Below, piece after piece: positions 29,231 through 38,910 of a stretch of DNA of 64,000 nt. A program made the translations under genes and the position numbers. A model generated the notes under the pieces. The model searched no databases, was not told the origin of the DNA, and saw nothing but the letters and a program-made list of their open reading frames with translations. The DNA comes from an uncultured Myxococcales bacterium (GTDB taxonomy: Bacteria > Myxococcota > B64-G9), in NCBI GenBank assembly GCA_964513625.1, contig CAZENH010000007.1, positions 4,911-68,910 of the forward strand, written 5' to 3'. Positions within the stretch are counted from its first letter, which is position 1; each line of letters starts with the position of its first letter.

Positions 29231-29873
29231 TCTCGCGGCCGCGGTCCTGGGCCAGTTTTCTGACCAGCTCCTGGATTTTGCGGCGCTGGCGTTCCGACTC
29301 GAAGAGAAACTCGACACCCATGCCTCTCGGCTCGCCGGTTTCCTTTAGCCAGGCGACACGGCAGCGCAGCTTGATGCCCATAAGATAGCCAGGCGGCCGC
29401 AGCCGGCACTCCACCTCGGTGTTTACTGGAAACAGTTGCCTGCTGCGGATGAAGGTGCCGCCTACACCGATGTCCTCGGCGAATTCCTGGACGAAGTCCT
29501 GGTCACGGCGATATGACACGACGTACGAGCAGGGCAACCGCAGACTGGTGCGATCGGTGAACTCTACCTGCTTGCCCTCTGCGTGATCGAGGATCAACTG
29601 CAGGGTCTTGTTTTGATCGCTTGGAATCTCTACTTGCACTCCGGGAGCCAGCGGCGGCTCAATAGATGCCCGGCGCCGAGCGACGACTCTGCCCTGGAGC
29701 CTGAAGTTGCGTTTCTGTGCGGGAAAGTCGACCACCACGGTGACTTCCTCTGACAGCTGTAGCTGCCGGCCGGTTTCTACGAACAGGACCCCCAAACGGC
29801 CCCGGCGCGTGAAATCGAGCAAGAGCCTTTCTTTCCTCTGGTAACGCGCCGAGATTTCCTTCTTGCGTGGCAT
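29184..29873 (-). CDS. PilZ-domain protein (possibly tandem PilZ-like)
   Basis: It has RKERLLLDF and EDIGVGGTFI (DxSxGG-like) motifs. It is convergent with the REC-PilZ gene and overlaps it by 47 nt. Confidence 0.55.
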   Translation of the reverse strand: MPRKKEISARYQRKERLLLDFTRRGRLGVLFVETGRQLQLSEEVTVVVDFPAQKRNFRLQGRVVARRRASIEPPLAPGVQVEIPSDQNKTLQLILDHAEGKQVEFTDRTSLRLPCSYVVSYRRDQDFVQEFAEDIGVGGTFIRSRQLFPVNTEVECRLRPPGYLMGIKLRCRVAWLKETGEPRGMGVEFLFESERQRRKIQELVRKLAQDRGREIKRKMEKIRRKDRYR

Positions 29874-29962
29874 GCAAATATCCTACACAACCTGCCTCGT
29901 CTCGCACAAGGATTTCAATTGTATGCCTTGTGAGGCGCCATCTTTATAAGTAGAGTCAACTC

Positions 29963-31504
29963 ATGAAAAAGTACGGCCTCATGTTTCATGTCATTCTGGC
30001 GACATTTGCCATCATGTTCTGCTGGTCCTGTAGCAAAAAAGGCACGAAGGAGGCGCCGGCACAACAAGAGATCGTCACGGCCTTCGAGCCGTTTCCAGAA
30101 GGCCCCGGTCAGCCGCAGTCCGAGCACTGGTTTTCGATATTACTGCAAGACAAACCTGCCGGTAGCTATCACCTGACAATCCGGCGTTACGAAACACCCG
30201 GAGGCACACGCCTTGTGTTGCACGGACAAACTAAAATCAAGCTACACATGGGTGAAAGCCGCTCAGAAATTTCTTTCGACGAACTGTCACTTGTGAACGA
30301 CAAGTGGCAGCTTTTGCGCATGCGAATGGTTGAAGGTGGTGGAGGTGGCGAGGATGTGATCATCCGGGCCGGCAGGGTCGGAGATGAAATGATAACGGTG
30401 CGCGGCCCGGAGGTGATGCGAGTTCCTTTCGAGGATAGTGCCTTGCGCACGGAGTCGTACGCTTTCCTTTTCGAGGGTGGCCGGCCCACGCCCGGAGATG
30501 TAAGAAACTTCAGGGAGTTCAACGCGGATACCGCCGACTACGCGGACAATCACCTGGAAGTCAAATCAATCTCCAAGGAAGGCCTGATCGACATCGAACA
30601 GACGACAAGCGCCATGCCCGGCTCACTCAAACGCATCAAGCTCGACGGCCACTACCTGCCGGTGAAGATAGACGCCCGTATGGGAACGCTAGTCGTCCGC
30701 TTTGAGCGCCAGGACGGCAAGCCGAACCCGGAAAACAAGGACGGCCCCGACCTGAACGGTCTTACCAGCATCCCGCTACAACTTCCCTGGAAGGCTCCCG
30801 CGGCGGTTACTCGCGCGCGTTACCGCATAGCCGGGTTGCCAAAGCAGGTCGAGTCTTCGTGGTTGAGCGGCCCGGGACAAGTAGTGGTCGCGAACCCTGC
30901 GCCGGGGACTTTCATTATCGAAGTTGATCAGATGTCCGCTCCCGAGCATAAGGCTTTCCCGATGCAAATTGACGATAGCAAGCTCAAGCACTTCTTAGCC
31001 TCTACCTCATACTCGCGAACGGACGACTCATCCATACGCGAGACGGCCGCCGAGGCTCTTCATGGAGTCACGGATGCCTGGGATGCGGCCAGGCGCCTGA
31101 GGGCGCTGGTCAGCCGCGAAATCTCACCCAGCCGCTCAATGGCCTTCGCATCCGCATCCGATACGCTTAGGGAGAAAAAGGGAGACTGTTCCGAACAATC
31201 GGTGCTCTTGGCCACCCTGGCCCGCTCTGCGGGCATCCCGGCCCGATGCGTGATGGGGCTCGTCTACCAGGACGGCGCCTTCAACCGCCACATGTGGACG
31301 GAGGTCTGGGTCGGGCGCTGGCAGCCGATCGACGCCGCCATGCAGACCGACTATCCCAGCGCCGCCTGGATCCGACTAGGCGAAAACTCACTGCAGTTCA
31401 CGAGCGACCAGAGAACCGGAATGGGAGGTCTGCTGGCCTTCGCCTCCAAGCTGTCGATCAAAGTCGAGAGCTTCGAGACGTCCAAGAAAACTATTTCGCA
31501 ATGA
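29963..31504 (+). CDS. Secreted (lipo)protein with DUF3857-like N-terminal region and transglutaminase-like Cys-protease core
   Basis: It has a signal peptide. The Cys-His-Asp transglutaminase-like triad context is KKGDCSEQSVLLATLARSAGIPARCV...NRHMWTEVWVGRWQPID. Confidence 0.7.
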   Translation: MKKYGLMFHVILATFAIMFCWSCSKKGTKEAPAQQEIVTAFEPFPEGPGQPQSEHWFSILLQDKPAGSYHLTIRRYETPGGTRLVLHGQTKIKLHMGESRSEISFDELSLVNDKWQLLRMRMVEGGGGGEDVIIRAGRVGDEMITVRGPEVMRVPFEDSALRTESYAFLFEGGRPTPGDVRNFREFNADTADYADNHLEVKSISKEGLIDIEQTTSAMPGSLKRIKLDGHYLPVKIDARMGTLVVRFERQDGKPNPENKDGPDLNGLTSIPLQLPWKAPAAVTRARYRIAGLPKQVESSWLSGPGQVVVANPAPGTFIIEVDQMSAPEHKAFPMQIDDSKLKHFLASTSYSRTDDSSIRETAAEALHGVTDAWDAARRLRALVSREISPSRSMAFASASDTLREKKGDCSEQSVLLATLARSAGIPARCVMGLVYQDGAFNRHMWTEVWVGRWQPIDAAMQTDYPSAAWIRLGENSLQFTSDQRTGMGGLLAFASKLSIKVESFETSKKTISQ

Positions 31505-33383
31505 GCTTGTCTATCTCGTCCAGCGAGTGCTCCATGGATTTGAAAGCCACCTTGTAGGGCATGGGCTTGGTCATGTCGACCCCGGCCATCTTCAGAAGCT
31601 CTACGGCGTACTTCGAACAACCGGATTTCAGCATCTTCAGGTAGCTGTCGCGGGTCTTGGTGTCACCGGCGTAGACCTTCTCGGCTATGGCGGTGGCGGC
31701 TATGAAGCTGGTGGTGTACTGGAACATGTAGAAGTTGTAGTAGAAGTGCGGGATGTAGGCCCATTCGACGGCGTAGAGGGGGTCTATCTTCATCACCCCT
31801 TCACTCTCGCCGTAGTATTCTCTTAGCAGCTTGAGGTAGATCTCGTCGAGCTTGTCGGCCGTCAGCGGGACGCCCTTCTGGGCCAGGTCATGGATTGTCA
31901 TTTCGAACTCGGCGAAAAGGGCCTGGCGAAAAACCGTCGTACGGAAGTTTTCCAGGTGCTGGCCGAGCAAAAAAAGCTTCTTGTTACGATCTTTTTCCTT
32001 CGAGTACAGGTCCAGCCTGAGCAGGTTCTCGTTGGTGGTCGAAGCCACCTCGGCCACGAAGATCGGGTAGTCGGCCATGACGAAGGGCTGGTTCTTGTTG
32101 CTCAGGTAGCTGTGCATGGCATGGCCGAACTCGTGGGCCGTGGTGCTCAGACTGTCGTAGTCGTCATTGTAGTTGAGTAATACGTAGGGATGAACGTCGT
32201 AGGCGCTGCCGTCGCTATAGGCGCCCGAACGCTTGCCCTTGGTGGGATAGACATCGGCCCAGCGCTGGTCGAAGGCGCCTTTGAGAATATCTGTGTACTC
32301 CTTGCCGAGGGGGGTAAGCGCTTCCAGGATCGTTTCCTTGGCCTGATCGAAGGACGTTTGCATCTCCATGGCCGGTACGATAGAGGCATACAGATCGTGG
32401 TAGCCCAACTCGGAGATCTTGAGCATCTTTTTGCGGATCTTCAAATAGCGCCACAGCAACGGGCGGGCCGCACGAATCTGCTTGATCATGTTGGTATAGA
32501 TCGAGGTCGGCACGTTGTTACGATCCAGGGCTGAACTCATGTCGTTTTTGTATTTGTGCACCACAGTATAGAAATGGTCGCGGCTGACCTCACCGGCCAG
32601 CAAGGTGGCGAAGCTCTCGCGGAACTTTTTATAGGCCCCCCAGAAAGCCTTGAAAACCGTCAGGCGATCATCACGGTCGTCCACGGCACGGTAACGGGTG
32701 TACATCGCCGCGGTCAGGGTGACCTTCTTGCCGTTTTTGAGCGTTACCTCCGGACGAGGCATGTTGACCGTTGAAAAGATTTCGTAGACATTGTTGGGCA
32801 CGGCGGACATGTCGCCCGCCTGGGCGATGATCTTCTCCTCGTCGGGCGGAAGGATGTGGGCTCGCCTGCGGGTGATGTTGTCGATGTAGTGCCGGTAGAC
32901 GGCCAGCCGCTTCGATTTCAGGAAAACGCGCAGCCGCTTGGCGGGAATTTTCAGGATCTCCGGCTCGACAAAGGAAAGCGCGGCATCCACCTGGGTGGAC
33001 TTCTTTTGTATTTTGCTTTTCAGCTCCTGGCCCGCGGTCACGCTTGCATCCTGGTCGTTATTGCGCATGGCGTAGGAGTAAAGCCGGTAAAGGCGCTTTT
33101 GAAGCTCAAACATCTTATCAAGGCAACCGGCCAGCCGCGAAATACCTTTGCCCATGTGACCGCGGCACTTCTTTACACCGGCAAGCTGCGCATCCAATTT
33201 GGCAAGATCCTTTTCCCACGCGTCCCTGGAGGCATACAGATCGTCGAGCTTCCACTTGTAAGCCTGGGCTATCGCACTTCTTTCCTTGCCTGGCTGATCC
33301 ATTTTTTCCTCCCCGCCGGCCGTGCCAATCGCTAACACGCACATTGCCAGCGACGTCATGAATATCTGTCTGAAATATTTCAT
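31491..33383 (-). CDS. pepF: Oligoendopeptidase F (M3B metallopeptidase), secreted
   Basis: It carries the HEFGH zinc motif (TTAHEFGHAMHS) and M3B-like length and C-terminus. A signal peptide is present. Confidence 0.8.
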   Translation of the reverse strand: MKYFRQIFMTSLAMCVLAIGTAGGEEKMDQPGKERSAIAQAYKWKLDDLYASRDAWEKDLAKLDAQLAGVKKCRGHMGKGISRLAGCLDKMFELQKRLYRLYSYAMRNNDQDASVTAGQELKSKIQKKSTQVDAALSFVEPEILKIPAKRLRVFLKSKRLAVYRHYIDNITRRRAHILPPDEEKIIAQAGDMSAVPNNVYEIFSTVNMPRPEVTLKNGKKVTLTAAMYTRYRAVDDRDDRLTVFKAFWGAYKKFRESFATLLAGEVSRDHFYTVVHKYKNDMSSALDRNNVPTSIYTNMIKQIRAARPLLWRYLKIRKKMLKISELGYHDLYASIVPAMEMQTSFDQAKETILEALTPLGKEYTDILKGAFDQRWADVYPTKGKRSGAYSDGSAYDVHPYVLLNYNDDYDSLSTTAHEFGHAMHSYLSNKNQPFVMADYPIFVAEVASTTNENLLRLDLYSKEKDRNKKLFLLGQHLENFRTTVFRQALFAEFEMTIHDLAQKGVPLTADKLDEIYLKLLREYYGESEGVMKIDPLYAVEWAYIPHFYYNFYMFQYTTSFIAATAIAEKVYAGDTKTRDSYLKMLKSGCSKYAVELLKMAGVDMTKPMPYKVAFKSMEHSLDEIDKLIAK

Positions 33384-33457
33384 GGCTTTCCTCCTCGAAG
33401 TATTGGCCCCCCGCTCGGTTATTTTGCCTACATCATTTTCGGTAAGTCCTCAAGGCC

Positions 33458-33489
33458 AAAAAAAAGCGCCCTCCCCGAAGGGAGAGCGC
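33458..33489 (-). terminator. Rho-independent terminator downstream of the Cys-rich lipoprotein gene
   Basis: The minus strand reads GCGCTCTCCC-TTCG-GGGAGGGCGC followed by TTTTTTTT (10-bp stem with 1 mismatch, then 8 U). It lies 67 nt after the stop at 33556. A second GC hairpin GGCGCCCGT-N7-ACGGGCGCC sits at 33502..33526. Confidence 0.7.
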
Positions 33490-33555
33490 TCATCTCATTG
33501 CGGCGCCCGTGCCCTGGACGGGCGCCCGGAGGAAGCCTCAAGGGCGGTTATCAGC

Positions 33556-36144
33556 TTAGCAAGGCCCCGGGAACATAATGTCGACACCGGCGCAGTTGGC
33601 AAAGCAGGGATTGTCGTAGGTAATGCCGTCGGCGCCGCAAACGGGCTCGGCGTACTCGGGGCAAACGCAATCCGGCTCGATGCAGCGGCTTGTGCACACG
33701 CCGTTCTCATCACAGGAGTTCTGGCACAGAGTTCCCGGTGGGCACTGGCTGTCTGCGCTGCACTGGCCCGCGCTGTTGATGTTGGCCAGGCAGTCGAGGT
33801 ACTCCGGAGTCTGGATCCAGCCGCAGGTGGACTGGCCGTTGGGGGCTTGCAGCAAGTCACAGGAAGTTAGCCGCAGGCATTCGTACTCGGGCAGCCAGAC
33901 GCAGGTGCTGCTCATCGGATAGGGTGCACAGATCTCGCCGCTGCAGCCGGTGACGATGCACTCTGACTGTGCGGGCACACACTGGCCATAGCAGGGCGGG
34001 CAGTTACCATCGGGATCGCACGGCATGTCCGGGCAGTAGCCCAACTCGCAGCGGAAGCCGTCGGGGCAATCTTGATCGATCTGGCAATCCATTTGCGGCA
34101 TCGGCATGCAGACGCCGGTCTCGGTGCAAGGACCCATGCCTCCGTCGGGGCCGATGCAGAACTCGCAATACATCCCCGGCTGGCAGTCGGCGTCCTGGCG
34201 GCATTCCTGCTGCCCACCGCCACACTCGCCGGCATGGGTTATCTGGGCACCTTCGCACTCGGCGAAGCAAGCGTTGGAGTAGGTGCGTTCCTCGCAGGTG
34301 CCGGTGCAGGTTTCACCCGGCTGGCAATTGTCGGGATCGTTGTAGCACACTACGGCGCAGACCGGATCCCAGATCTCGGGGCAGTTGCAGCTATCAAAGA
34401 TGCAGCGCCCATTGATGCAGCGGCCCTGGCCCGGGAAGCAATCGCTGCCGTTGGGGTCGCAATCAACCATGCAGTCGTCATCGGTCTGGCACTCGGGCTG
34501 CTGGTTTGGTACACAGATGCCCACACAGCAGTTGGGATCACCGGTCTCATCGCAACCGGGAGCGCACTCGGTCATCTGGCAGACGAATTCCGGCGGGCAC
34601 TCCCAGTCAGCATGGCAGTAGAGCGGCTCGAAGATGCAGCGGCCTTCGACACAGTGGCCTACGGTGCCGTCGGCGGACAGGCAGTCGCTATCAACGCGGC
34701 ATTCGGGTTCGACCGGCTCACAGAAGGCGTCACACCAGCCATTGCCGCAGTAGACGTGGCACACTTGCCCATCCGGGCAAGACACGTTGGCGCAGGGATC
34801 GTTGTCATAGATGCACCGGCCGTTGATGCACTGACCGACATCGCCACCGGCCGTGATGCAATCCTGATCCGACTGGCACTCCGGCGGCACTACGGGCACG
34901 CAGTAGCCATGGCAGAAGGGCAGGCAGTCACCGTCGGGATTGTTGGGATCGGTCTCGCAGGGCGGGCACTCGCCGGTCGAGGCGTCGCAGCCCTGGGCAT
35001 CCCAGCACTCCATTACGCACTCGAAACCCGCGGGGCATGGAGTGTTCTCGTCGCACTCGGGCGGCGGCTGGGGAACGCAGTGACCTACACAACCCGGCAG
35101 GCAGTCGTTACCGGCCGGATCGGACTGGTCGCAATCCCAGCAGGAAACCTCGCAGACCTGGCCGTCTGGGCACTGGTCGTCGCTGTCGCATTCGATGGCC
35201 TGCGGCACGCACTGGCCGAAGCACTGTCCCTGGCACTCGCCAGTGGCCGGATCACAGTCTGGCGGACAATCACCGCTATCGGGGTCGCACACCGGGCCGC
35301 CGCACTGCATGACACACACGAAGCCCTGGGGACATTCGGCGTCGGAGCTGCACTCGTTCACCTGCACGGGCTCGCAGTGACCCTCGCAGGGCGGGCACCA
35401 ATCCTCGGTGCAGGGAGCATCCGGGCAGGGGCCGAAGACGCACTCGAAGCCATCGGGGCAGGGTGTGTTCTCGTCACAACCAGGCTCTTCGAAGACACAG
35501 CGGCCGTCAATACAACGGGGGATCTGATCGGTCCAGTCATAAATCAGGCAGTCGTCGTCGGTCTGGCACTCGTCGTCGACGCAGCGGCAGATCGGGCAAC
35601 CGTCGGGATCGGTCATGAACCCGTTTGCGCAGTAGAGATCGCACAGAAGATCGGGACAGTGAGGCTCGGAGCAAGCGCCTCGACAACCCAGTGAAATATC
35701 AAAGGTACCACCCACGCTGCCGTCCTCGGTACCCAGCGCCACCAGATAACGCCCGGAACCAGGCAGGGCGAAGTCGTTGATCAGGCCATCGAGGTTGCCC
35801 TGGCCGGTCTCGTCCAGGGCGATGAATTTGCCCCAGATACCTTTATTGGACACCGGGCCATACAGAATCAGTACCGGCTTCTCGCCATTGGTCGATTTGA
35901 GAGTCAGCGTGACCCGGGCGCCTTGATTCGCATCGAAGATATAGCCGGTCAACACCTTGTCTACCGAGAAATGTTCATCGGTCAGCGTGGCCCCGAAATC
36001 GATGTTGCCGCGCAGCTCAACCAGGGCGCTGGCGTCTTTGTTCAGATTCGGCGGATTGTAGTCATTGCTTCCGCTGTAGTTGCTACAGCCCGTCACCAAC
36101 AGCACGAGACTCAGACAAACTCCAGCCCATCTCATCGTTTTCAT
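33556..36144 (-). CDS. Large secreted lipoprotein: Myxococcus-type cysteine-rich repeat array + C-terminal Kazal-type protease-inhibitor domains
   Basis: The ATG at 36144 is preceded by GGAGGA. The signal is lipoprotein-type (LSLVLLVTGC). About 4 alternating supermodules of ECxxDxDC...GRCI(F/Y) and CDENTPCPxGFEC...C.PC.G.CVP follow. The C-terminus has Kazal signatures (TGTCEERTYSNACFAECEG and CPEYAEPVCGADGITYDNPCFANCAG). Confidence 0.7.
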   Translation of the reverse strand: MKTMRWAGVCLSLVLLVTGCSNYSGSNDYNPPNLNKDASALVELRGNIDFGATLTDEHFSVDKVLTGYIFDANQGARVTLTLKSTNGEKPVLILYGPVSNKGIWGKFIALDETGQGNLDGLINDFALPGSGRYLVALGTEDGSVGGTFDISLGCRGACSEPHCPDLLCDLYCANGFMTDPDGCPICRCVDDECQTDDDCLIYDWTDQIPRCIDGRCVFEEPGCDENTPCPDGFECVFGPCPDAPCTEDWCPPCEGHCEPVQVNECSSDAECPQGFVCVMQCGGPVCDPDSGDCPPDCDPATGECQGQCFGQCVPQAIECDSDDQCPDGQVCEVSCWDCDQSDPAGNDCLPGCVGHCVPQPPPECDENTPCPAGFECVMECWDAQGCDASTGECPPCETDPNNPDGDCLPFCHGYCVPVVPPECQSDQDCITAGGDVGQCINGRCIYDNDPCANVSCPDGQVCHVYCGNGWCDAFCEPVEPECRVDSDCLSADGTVGHCVEGRCIFEPLYCHADWECPPEFVCQMTECAPGCDETGDPNCCVGICVPNQQPECQTDDDCMVDCDPNGSDCFPGQGRCINGRCIFDSCNCPEIWDPVCAVVCYNDPDNCQPGETCTGTCEERTYSNACFAECEGAQITHAGECGGGQQECRQDADCQPGMYCEFCIGPDGGMGPCTETGVCMPMPQMDCQIDQDCPDGFRCELGYCPDMPCDPDGNCPPCYGQCVPAQSECIVTGCSGEICAPYPMSSTCVWLPEYECLRLTSCDLLQAPNGQSTCGWIQTPEYLDCLANINSAGQCSADSQCPPGTLCQNSCDENGVCTSRCIEPDCVCPEYAEPVCGADGITYDNPCFANCAGVDIMFPGPC

Positions 36145-36451
36145 CACATTCCTCCTCGGGTAGTGGTTTGAGGTTTCCATGAATACCAGCCAAATAAAGC
36201 AAAGTTCGTGCCAGGCTACCGGAAAATTGGTGATACCTGTCATAAACCATTGTAAATTATGGGTAATGTCCAAAACCGGCTCTTCGCAACTTTGTGATTA
36301 TGCTCACATTGGTGTCGTGTTTAGTTGACACTGGATTTGCGCGATCACCAAAATAGCTATTAATTCAAGCCGATTGGGGACTATGAAGACCTGACCGCAA
36401 ACCGTCAAGTAAGTATTACACTTCTGGTACTGAATGGTTTCTTCAAGAGTG

Positions 36452-38659
36452 CTATCTGATAACGCCCAAGTAGCGTCCCATCCAATAAGGGAGTAGCCAA
36501 AAGGTGCCTGATGACTCGCTGTAGCCGCTTCCTCTCTGCCCGTAGGCATAAGGATTTCCGGCCCAGCGCATTACCTGACGCTCATCGTATGGAAACACGA
36601 ACTCGTTCTGGGGATCTCCGAAGCGGTCATCGTAAGGGGCGCGATCCTTGTCCCAGCGGTGGAACAGGTCCAGGCCCCACAAGATCAGACTGCGGGGCAG
36701 TTTCTGCAGAGTTTCAATCGAATCGTCGAGGTCGTAGTCCTCTGCGTGCGACAGGGCTGCGTAGATCATGTTGAACTCTGGATTGCGTTCAGGTCGCTGA
36801 ACTTCCCACAGGTAGCGCAGACCGCCGCACTCAAGCTCCAAGCTTCCGACTTTCCACAGATCGAGCAACTCGGGATCGTCTACGTAGCGCAGGAGAGTGT
36901 ACATGGCCAAGAAGGACATCTCCTCGCTGTCGTGGTTGATGTGGAATGATGTATTAATCTCCTCGATGCAGGCGATGTAGTTCTTGTAGTTCCTCTCATG
37001 GGCCAGGTAGTCGAACGAAGCACGAAACTTCTCGTCGCCGGTCATGTGATAAGCCGCTAGCAGACCTCCCAGGATCATGGCCGAGTCGAGGCCGGCGTCG
37101 CCGAAACGAGCCCCGAGATCGTTCTCCATCCAGTCGGGATCGAAATGACCATGGGTGGTCGGCTCCCCGTCGATGTCCAACAGGCGGTAGCCGTTGTCTA
37201 CGATGTAGCCGACGATTGCACCCAATGTATCGGCCGCGTCCTGTTTCTCTTGCTCATCGGCGACGAGGTCGTAGAAGAGCGAAAGCCCGAACATGTGTCC
37301 AACGAACTCGTCCGACGAGGTGTCTCCCTTCCAGCACCACTGCCCGTCGTCGGACAGGTGCCACTCGCCCTCCCCCTGTTGCTTTGCGTCACATTCGTCA
37401 GCGGGCACGATCGAGCGGGCAAAGAAACCTTTTATCGGCGTCACTTGCTCGAGTTTCATCAAGGCATAGGCCGCGACGTGTGCGTTCTCCCTGGCCTCGG
37501 CTTCTCCGGTCACTGAATAGCGGAAACACTGCGAAGCTAGGTACATGGCTGTCCACTGGCCATCGTTGTCGTCGTCGTGGTTTGAGTAACTCGAAGTGTC
37601 GCCGTAAACCTGCAGGCTGTTCTCGGTTGAGGTATACCCAAGTCTTACGTGGCGCTGGTGAGTGATCTCGTCGAATAGGGAGGCCTTCTCGGCCAGCGTG
37701 GTTTGCTGCTGCAACACGCGTGAAACTCCGCCGTCCGTTGCCAGCCAGATTGTTCCGGCAGCGTCCCGAGCCATGCCGTTGACCCGGTCAGCCGGGATCC
37801 AGTTGCGCCCGAAATAGTAGCGCCGCGTGCCGTCGGTCCTGTATAGGCCGGCTCCCATGGATGTTGACACCAGCATGTCACCCGCTGCATCGAAATCGAC
37901 ATCGAGCACGTCTCCGTAATGCAATCCGTCCGCCCCCAGGAAAGCGGACCAGGCGCCGCTGACAGGGTCGCGCCGGGCCATGCCCGAGTCGGTTCCAGCC
38001 CAAAGCGTGCCGTCCGGCCCGAGCGAAAGCGCGCGGACTTCGTTCGAAGGCAAGCCGTCTGCCGTTGTCACTACCCCGGTGGCGCTTACGATGCCCTGCG
38101 AGGTGGCGGCCAGCCAGCTGCCGTCCGCGAGATCGCAAACGGCGGCCACCGGCAAGCTGATCTGATCCCAGATCGAGTGGAATGTGCCGTCGAAATAGCC
38201 GGCCATGTTGTCACCGGCCAGCCACCATCCGCCCGCGGTCCGTGCAGCGACGAAGCCAACCACGGCGCCAGCCGGCAGGGTGATGATCTGGTTGTCGATC
38301 GCTACGCCCTGTGGGCCGGCAACTGCAAGTTTACCGGAGTTGTCAAAGGCCAGATCGGAGATTTCGCCCTGGACTTGAGTGGTAACCGGCGTCCAATCGT
38401 CACCGGTTAGCTTGACGACGCCCGATGCCGTGGCCAGAAAGGGAGTGCCATTCTGATCAAGTGCCAGCGCTCGTACGTCGGACAGCTCGCCAACCACCTG
38501 GCCAATTTCCTGGGTGAAGGCGACATCGACATAAACCTGCGCAGGCTGCCACCCGCCGTCTCCCCCGTCACCACCATCTGTAGCGCCGGATCCGCCGCTG
38601 CAGGCGCCGAGCAAGAGGAACACGCCGGTCAGGGCAAAGTAAAAAATTTTCATGCGCAA
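36452..38659 (-). CDS. Lipoprotein with two-component-regulator-propeller (Reg_prop/Y_Y_Y) repeats and C-terminal alpha-helical domain of unknown function
   Basis: Lipobox LLLGACSGG is present. Repeats such as GTLWAGTDSGMARRD and GTIWLATDGGVSRV follow. The C-terminal ~400 aa is Trp/Tyr-rich and of unassigned fold. Confidence 0.5.
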   Translation of the reverse strand: MRMKIFYFALTGVFLLLGACSGGSGATDGGDGGDGGWQPAQVYVDVAFTQEIGQVVGELSDVRALALDQNGTPFLATASGVVKLTGDDWTPVTTQVQGEISDLAFDNSGKLAVAGPQGVAIDNQIITLPAGAVVGFVAARTAGGWWLAGDNMAGYFDGTFHSIWDQISLPVAAVCDLADGSWLAATSQGIVSATGVVTTADGLPSNEVRALSLGPDGTLWAGTDSGMARRDPVSGAWSAFLGADGLHYGDVLDVDFDAAGDMLVSTSMGAGLYRTDGTRRYYFGRNWIPADRVNGMARDAAGTIWLATDGGVSRVLQQQTTLAEKASLFDEITHQRHVRLGYTSTENSLQVYGDTSSYSNHDDDNDGQWTAMYLASQCFRYSVTGEAEARENAHVAAYALMKLEQVTPIKGFFARSIVPADECDAKQQGEGEWHLSDDGQWCWKGDTSSDEFVGHMFGLSLFYDLVADEQEKQDAADTLGAIVGYIVDNGYRLLDIDGEPTTHGHFDPDWMENDLGARFGDAGLDSAMILGGLLAAYHMTGDEKFRASFDYLAHERNYKNYIACIEEINTSFHINHDSEEMSFLAMYTLLRYVDDPELLDLWKVGSLELECGGLRYLWEVQRPERNPEFNMIYAALSHAEDYDLDDSIETLQKLPRSLILWGLDLFHRWDKDRAPYDDRFGDPQNEFVFPYDERQVMRWAGNPYAYGQRGSGYSESSGTFWLLPYWMGRYLGVIR

Positions 38660-38770
38660 ATGTTAGCAGTTCCTGACCGGCAATGGCAACTACACGTATT
38701 CACCTGGCCCGGCGCTCGCCGGGTAAGAAAGGGACTTGACAACAGTCCGACTTTGGCAGATGCTTTCCTC

Positions 38771-38830
38771 ATGCGATGCGAAAGTACAAGACTCCACCAT
38801 CACTATCACGCCACCGGCTGGGCCGGGTGA
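38771..38830 (+). CDS. Candidate his-operon leader peptide MRCESTRLHHHYHATGWAG (4 His in 5 consecutive codons)
   Basis: This is read directly: ATG CGA TGC GAA AGT ACA AGA CTC CAC CAT CAC TAT CAC GCC ACC GGC TGG GCC GGG TGA. It lies 120 nt upstream of hisG. There is no clear SD. Confidence 0.45.
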   Translation: MRCESTRLHHHYHATGWAG

Positions 38831-38910
38831 TGGTTTCGTTTCGCTAGGAGAACGCTGAAACCATCGACGCCGGCCTTGGGCCGGCGTCGGGCGTTTCGGA
38901 GCAACGCCGG
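38830..38910 (+). promoter_or_regulatory. Attenuator-like overlapping hairpins between leader peptide and hisG
   Basis: Three hairpins are present and the last two are mutually exclusive. Hairpin 1 is ATGGTTTC-N19-GAAACCAT (38830..38864). Hairpin 2 is CGACGCCGGCC-TTG-GGCCGGCGTCG (38865..38889) followed by GGCGTTTCGG. Hairpin 3 is CCGGCGT-N16-ACGCCGG (38881..38910). Confidence 0.45.

Noticed and set aside
34072-35694. 540-aa plus-strand ORF (Ala/Gly/Thr-rich) in the ORF table
   Set aside because: It is the antisense of the Cys-rich lipoprotein gene. It is low complexity with no domain-like pattern, and is an artefact of Cys-codon (TGC/GCA) rich DNA.
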